This document shows, piece by piece, positions 61,478 through 64,000 of a DNA stretch of 64,000 nucleotides (position 1 is the stretch's first letter; every line of letters starts with the position of its first letter). The notes below the pieces were generated by a model. That model had not been told where the DNA came from. It saw only the letters and a list, made by a program, of their open reading frames with translations, and ran no database searches. Source of the DNA: Narcine bancroftii (taxonomy: Eukaryota); contig NC_091480.1 of assembly GCF_036971445.1 (NCBI RefSeq), positions 5,828,001 through 5,892,000 of the forward strand. Direction: 5' to 3'. The translations under genes and the position numbers were made by a program.

Positions 61478-62475
61478 AGTGGTTACGCAGTAGTCGAGTG
61501 GTTACGCAGTAGTCGAGTGGTTACGCAGTAGTCGAGTGGTTACGCAGTAGTCGAGTGGTTACGCAGTAGTCGAGTGGTTACGCAGTAGTCGAGTGGTTAC
61601 GCAGTAGTCGAGTGGTTACGCAGTAGTCGAGTGGTTACGCAGTAGTCGAGTGGTTACGCAGTAGTCGAGTGGTTACGCAGTAGTCGAGTGGTTACGCAGT
61701 AGTCGAGTGGTTACGCAGTAGTCGAGTGGTTACGCAGTAGTCGAGTGGTTACGCAGTAGTCGAGTGGTTACGCAGTAGTCGAGGGTGGTTACGCAGTAGT
61801 CGAGTGGTTACGCAGTAGTCGAGTGGTTACGCAGTAGTCGAGTGGTTACGCAGTAGTCGAGTGGTTACGCAGTAGTCGAGTGGTTACGCAGTAGTCGAGT
61901 GGTTACGCAGTAGTCGAGTGGTTACGCAGTAGTCGAGTGGTTACGCAGTAGTCGAGTGGTTACGCAGTAGTCGAGTGGTTACGCAGTAGTCGAGTGGTTA
62001 CGCAGTAGTCGAGTGGTTACGCAGTAGTCGAGTGGTTACGCAGTAGTCGAGTGGTTACGCAGTAGTCGAGTGGTTACGCAGTAGTCGAGTGGTTACGCAG
62101 TAGTCGAGTGGTTACGCAGTAGTCGAGTGGTTACGCAGTAGTCGAGTGGTTACGCAGTAGTCGAGTGGTTACGCAGTAGTCGAGTGGTTACGCAGTAGTC
62201 GAGTGGTTACGCAGTAGTCGAGTGGTTACGCAGTAGTCGAGTGGTTACGCAGTAGTCGAGTGGTTACGCAGTAGTCGAGTGGTTACGCAGTAGTCGAGTG
62301 GTTACGCAGTAGTCGAGTGGTTACGCAGTAGTCGAGTGGTTACGCAGTAGTCGAGTGGTTACGCAGTAGTCGAGTGGTTACGCAGTAGTCGAGTGGTTAC
62401 GCAGTAGTCGAGTGGTTACGCAGTAGTCGAGTGGTTACGCAGTAGTCGAGTGGTTACGCAGTAGTCGAGTGGTTA
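61478..62475. repeat. 19-bp minisatellite, ~52 near-perfect copies
   Basis: Unit AGTGGTTACGCAGTAGTCG, with a single 2-bp GG insertion near 61783. Confidence 0.97.
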
Positions 62476-63419
62476 TTAATAATATAACATTTCTTACTTA
62501 ACTCAAAACTTAAACTCACAACTTAAACTCGCAATGTGTGTGGCAGATTCCAAACCATTACAGTTCAGGGACAATTCTGAAAAGTCAGTTTCAAAGTTCA
62601 GTCTTAAATCTTTTGTGTTGAAACTCAGAATCTTTAAACTGTTCAAAAGTAATTATGGAGTTGGTGAGGCACCAAGTCATCATACTTCTCAAAACTCACG
62701 AATTCTTGTATAGTTGCTTTCAGAGAAATGTTTCTTCATATGAATAATTTTTCCACAATTCCTGTCTCATGTGTGGAGGTTATGGAACTTGTGATTTCAC
62801 AAACTTAGGCAAGGGTTCTAGATGAAATGACCATTAGAATGGCCACAGTACCGCTGCTCTCTCTTAACAAAGACAGACAGTGGCCATCTTTTCCAAAGCC
62901 ATTTTGATCCTGTGTTCCTCCCTTGATGAGGAGAGCACAATAGCAATCCTTTCTCACAGAATGTTACTGCATTTCTTTCAGATGAAATTGGTTCCTTAAA
63001 GATGCTTGCTGAATCAGATGACATTACTACTGGCTCTTTTTGAAGCTTCATTTCTCCAGAAATCACTTCATGAAGCAAATGGTTTTCTGTTTGGCCAGAA
63101 GTCTTTGAGTAAACATTTATTGTCTTCATTATTTCTATAGAACAATCAACTCTAGTTATATTGCTCTTTTTACAGCTGAACGTAACAGACTCAGCATCTC
63201 TTCAAAATAGTGTGTGTGAATTTGTTTCCCTGTTCCAACCCACAATATATTATAGCATAAAGATTGATAATGACATAATTCTGTAAAAGTGTGTTTCAAA
63301 AAAAATTCCATTAATTGAATTGTTCCCTGGGCAGCCATCTGCACTAATCTTAGATGTGACTGATTCTTTTCCCTGCATTTTATCATTCTTCAAATAGTGG
63401 TTGGGAAAAGAGAAGGTAA

Positions 63420-63685
63420 GAGCAGCGAGGTTGGCGTAGCGGTTAGCGCAATGTCTTTACAGTGCCACCGATCGGGACCAGGTTTCAAATACCGCACTGT
63501 CTGTAAGGAGTTTGTATGTTCTTCCTGTGACTGTATAGGTTTTCCCTGGGGGCTCCAGTTTCCTCCCACTGTTTGAAACGTACTGGGGGTTGTAGATTAA
63601 TTGGGTGTAAATTGGACAGTAAGGACATGAGGGCCAAAATGGCCTGTTACTGTGCTGTATATCTGTACGTCTAAATTTAAATTTA
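63420..63685 (+). mobile_element. tRNA-derived SINE (V-SINE-like), near full length
   Basis: TGGCGTAGCGGTTAG A-box, GGTTTCAAATACC B-box-like motif, core, and AAATTT tail. Confidence 0.75.
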
Positions 63686-64000
63686 ACAATGTTTCAAGCT
63701 AAAGATGAATGAAAAAACTTGAGTGTAACCTTGGTTTCTATTCCTTGGAGTCCACGTGGTTGAATAGTGACCTAATCCGAGTAGGTTATTACAATTTGAT
63801 CGGTTACTTCCTCTCATGATGAAACCCCAAAGCAAAGGGAGCTTGAACATTTGAGGTGAAATCATAAAATGCTTCATTTTTCCATAAGGATGGTGGGAAT
63901 TTGGAATAAAACTAGAAAATGTTGAAACTACACAGGTCAGACAAATTGCAGAGAGAGAAAAACCGTTTCATGTCTTGGTTAACCTATCTTTAATCAGAGT

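Noticed and set aside
61478-62475. tRNA gene cluster or telomeric repeat
   Set aside because: No B-box, acceptor stem or cloverleaf, and the unit is not TTAGGG.
62818-63134. 103-aa minus-strand ORF as the terminal exon of another gene
   Set aside because: It has a possible AG acceptor but a weak pyrimidine tract and no recognisable motif, and the surrounding 62476-63100 sequence could be LTR-like. It cannot be supported without a search.

Overview
Vertebrate genomic DNA, most likely a cartilaginous fish and probably a ray. This is an inference from the CR1, Rex1/Babar, Penelope, V-SINE and L1/Tx1 repeat mix and from protein divergence. I reconstructed four spliced genes by hand, all with GT-AG junctions and consistent exon phases: the 3' part of a kelch-repeat gene (+), SNU13 (-, complete, 128 aa), UQCRC2 (+, complete, 14 exons, 457 aa) and PDZD9 (-, 3 solid exons plus a candidate first exon, ~368 aa). 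The most unusual feature is a 2.7-kb CpG-rich compound minisatellite (about 19250-21975) between the divergent SNU13 and UQCRC2 genes. It ends ~30 bp before the UQCRC2 ATG and holds ~74 same-orientation copies of a YY1-type motif (GCCGCCATGTT/GCCGCCATCTT), with GC-boxes and a 1034-bp higher-order duplication. Other notable items: a ~52-copy 19-bp array whose unit matches a Pol III A-box; a tiny tRNA-Ser-primed LTR element with a nested solo LTR; a young RTE LINE inside a hAT-type MITE; and convergent UQCRC2/PDZD9 polyA signals ~40 bp apart. There is a 200-N assembly gap at 58897-59096. Repeat boundaries are approximate and no database searches were run.
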